A stretch of DNA of 64,000 nt, taken from assembly GCA_963794695.1 (NCBI GenBank), contig CAWCFJ010000008.1, positions 435,590-499,589 of the forward strand, read 5' to 3'. This stretch comes from an uncultured Actinomycetes bacterium (GTDB lineage Bacteria > Actinomycetota > Thermoleophilia > Gaiellales > JALYLC01). This document shows, piece after piece, positions 62,501-64,000 of this stretch. The notes under the pieces are model-generated. The model was not told the origin of the DNA and made no database searches. It saw only the letters and a program-made list of their open reading frames with translations. The stretch's first letter is position 1. Every line of letters starts with the position of its first letter. Made by a program: the position numbers and the translations under genes.

Positions 62501-63829
62501 TCAGGCGGCGACGCGCACGGCGTGGGTGCCGCGCAGGGTCATCGACGTCGCGGCATCGATGCGCACCGGCTGCAGCGTCCCCTCGGGCGCGGCGCCGTCG
62601 GCGGCGTCGAAGATCACCGTCTTGTTCTGGCGGGTGCGGCCGCGAAGCTGGCTCTGGTCGGTGCGCGACGTGCCCTCGACCAGCACCTCCTGGACGCTGC
62701 CGACGAGCGCCCGGTTGCGCTCCTGGGCGTGGGCCTGGACGCGCGCCACGAGCCGCTCGATGCGGTCACGCTTGACGTCCTCCGGCACCTGCTCGTCCAT
62801 CACCGCAGCGTCGGTGCCGCGGCGCGGCGAGTACACGAAGGTGAACGCGTGGTCGTAGCCGACGGCGTCGTAGACCTCGAGCGTCTCGGCGAAGTCGGCC
62901 TCGGTCTCGCCGGGGAACCCGACGATGATGTCGGTCGTCAGGGCGACCTGCGGGAGCGCGTCGCGCAGCTTCTCGACCAGGGCCAGGTAGCGCTCGCGCG
63001 AGTAGGTGCGGCGCATCGCCTTGAGGATCCGGGTCGAGCCGGACTGCAGCGGCAGGTGGACGTGCTCGCACACGCTGGCGCACTCGCGATGGGCGGCGAT
63101 GACGTCGTCGCGCATGTCCTTCGGGTGCGGGCTCGTGTAGCGGATGCGCTCGATGCCGTCGATCTCGTCCAGCAGGCGCAGGAGGCCGCCGAAGCCGACC
63201 CGCTCGCCGACGGGCAGGTCGCGGCCCCAGGAGTTCACGTTCTGGCCGAGCAGCGTCAGCTCGCGGACGCCGTCGGCGGCCAGGGCACGCGCCTCGGCGA
63301 CGAGCTCGGCGGCCGGGCGGGAACGCTCGCGGCCGCGCACCGCCGGGACGATGCAGTACGAGCAGGTCGAGTTGCAGCCCATCGAGATCTGCAGCCACGC
63401 CTGGTAGGGCCGCTCGCGGTGCATCGGCAGGTGGCCGGCGAACGCGTCGAAGGTCGAGAAGTGCCCGTTGGGCACCTCGCCGCCGGCCGAAAGATAGTCG
63501 CCGAGCCGGTGGATGTTGCCCGGGCCGAAGGCCAGGTCGACGAACGGGTACTGCTCGAACAGCTCGTCCTTGACCGACTCCGACCAGCAGCCGCCGACCA
63601 CGATGACCTTCTCGGGGTCTCGCTCCTTGGCCGCCCGGGCGTTCATCAGGTGGGCCACGAAGCGGTCGTCGGCCTTCTCCCGGATCGTGCAGGTGTTGAA
63701 GACCACGACGTCGGCGTCCTCGGCCGTCACGCTCTCGCCGAGGCCGGACGACTCGAGCAGGCCCTTGATCCGCTCGGAGTCGTGGGCGTTCATCTGGCAG
63801 CCGAACGTGGTGACGTGGTAGCGCCGCAC
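62501..63829 (-). CDS. miaB: tRNA-2-methylthio-N6-dimethylallyladenosine synthase
   Basis: [15 protein letters not shown] radical SAM motif, TRAM domain. Confidence 0.96.
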   Translation of the reverse strand: MRRYHVTTFGCQMNAHDSERIKGLLESSGLGESVTAEDADVVVFNTCTIREKADDRFVAHLMNARAAKERDPEKVIVVGGCWSESVKDELFEQYPFVDLAFGPGNIHRLGDYLSAGGEVPNGHFSTFDAFAGHLPMHRERPYQAWLQISMGCNSTCSYCIVPAVRGRERSRPAAELVAEARALAADGVRELTLLGQNVNSWGRDLPVGERVGFGGLLRLLDEIDGIERIRYTSPHPKDMRDDVIAAHRECASVCEHVHLPLQSGSTRILKAMRRTYSRERYLALVEKLRDALPQVALTTDIIVGFPGETEADFAETLEVYDAVGYDHAFTFVYSPRRGTDAAVMDEQVPEDVKRDRIERLVARVQAHAQERNRALVGSVQEVLVEGTSRTDQSQLRGRTRQNKTVIFDAADGAAPEGTLQPVRIDAATSMTLRGTHAVRVAA

Positions 63830-63856
63830 GCAGGGCAGTCTAGACCGGCTGTCTCG

Positions 63857-64000
63857 CTACAGCGGGACGAGCTCGCGGGTGCGCCCGACGAAGCGCGCGA
63901 CCTGCGTGACGCCGAGCTCGCGCAGCAGCGGGACGGCGTTCGCGACCCGGCCGACGGCGCGCGGCACGTGGGCGTCCGAGCCGAGGCTGATGGCCGTGCC
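63857..64000 (-). CDS. PHP-domain (histidinol-phosphatase-like) protein, C-terminal fragment
   Basis: ISLGSDAH.P..VG; truncated by the window edge. Confidence 0.65.
   Translation of the reverse strand, partial: GTAISLGSDAHVPRAVGRVANAVPLLRELGVTQVARFVGRTRELVPL

Overview
A 64-kb chromosomal segment from a very high-GC bacterium. Gene content and order point to Actinomycetota, probably Thermoleophilia-like (inference). It is mostly housekeeping genes on the minus strand: [23 protein letters not shown] aminotransferase-hflX-dut; alaS-ruvX-mltG-aroE-pilD-aroC-aroKB-aroQ-pepP-efp-accB-accC-nusB-xseB-like-ispA-tlyA-nadK-recN; pyrG-M20 peptidase-greA; ald; xerD-deoB-pdp; mutM. Many essential genes are split by single-base indels, which I read as long-read sequencing errors, so frameshifted coordinates are approximate. 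No rRNA, tRNA, CRISPR array or transposase was seen. The most notable observations are: (1) AccB fused to a pyruvate-carboxylase/OadA-type carboxyltransferase domain that has lost all its metal ligands (possible pseudo-enzyme sensor on acetyl-CoA carboxylase); (2) an ankyrin gene with a duplicated helical motif and a structured leader; (3) a candidate sRNA with CCUCCC loops upstream of a PilZ gene; (4) two roughly 190-nt G.U-rich long-hairpin elements; (5) divergent sigma28-like promoters driving fapA and an unknown operon; (6) a pyrC-like CTP-sensing leader on pyrG; (7) a triple TGGCCAATTGGCCA palindrome at miaA; (8) pervasive leaderless promoters.
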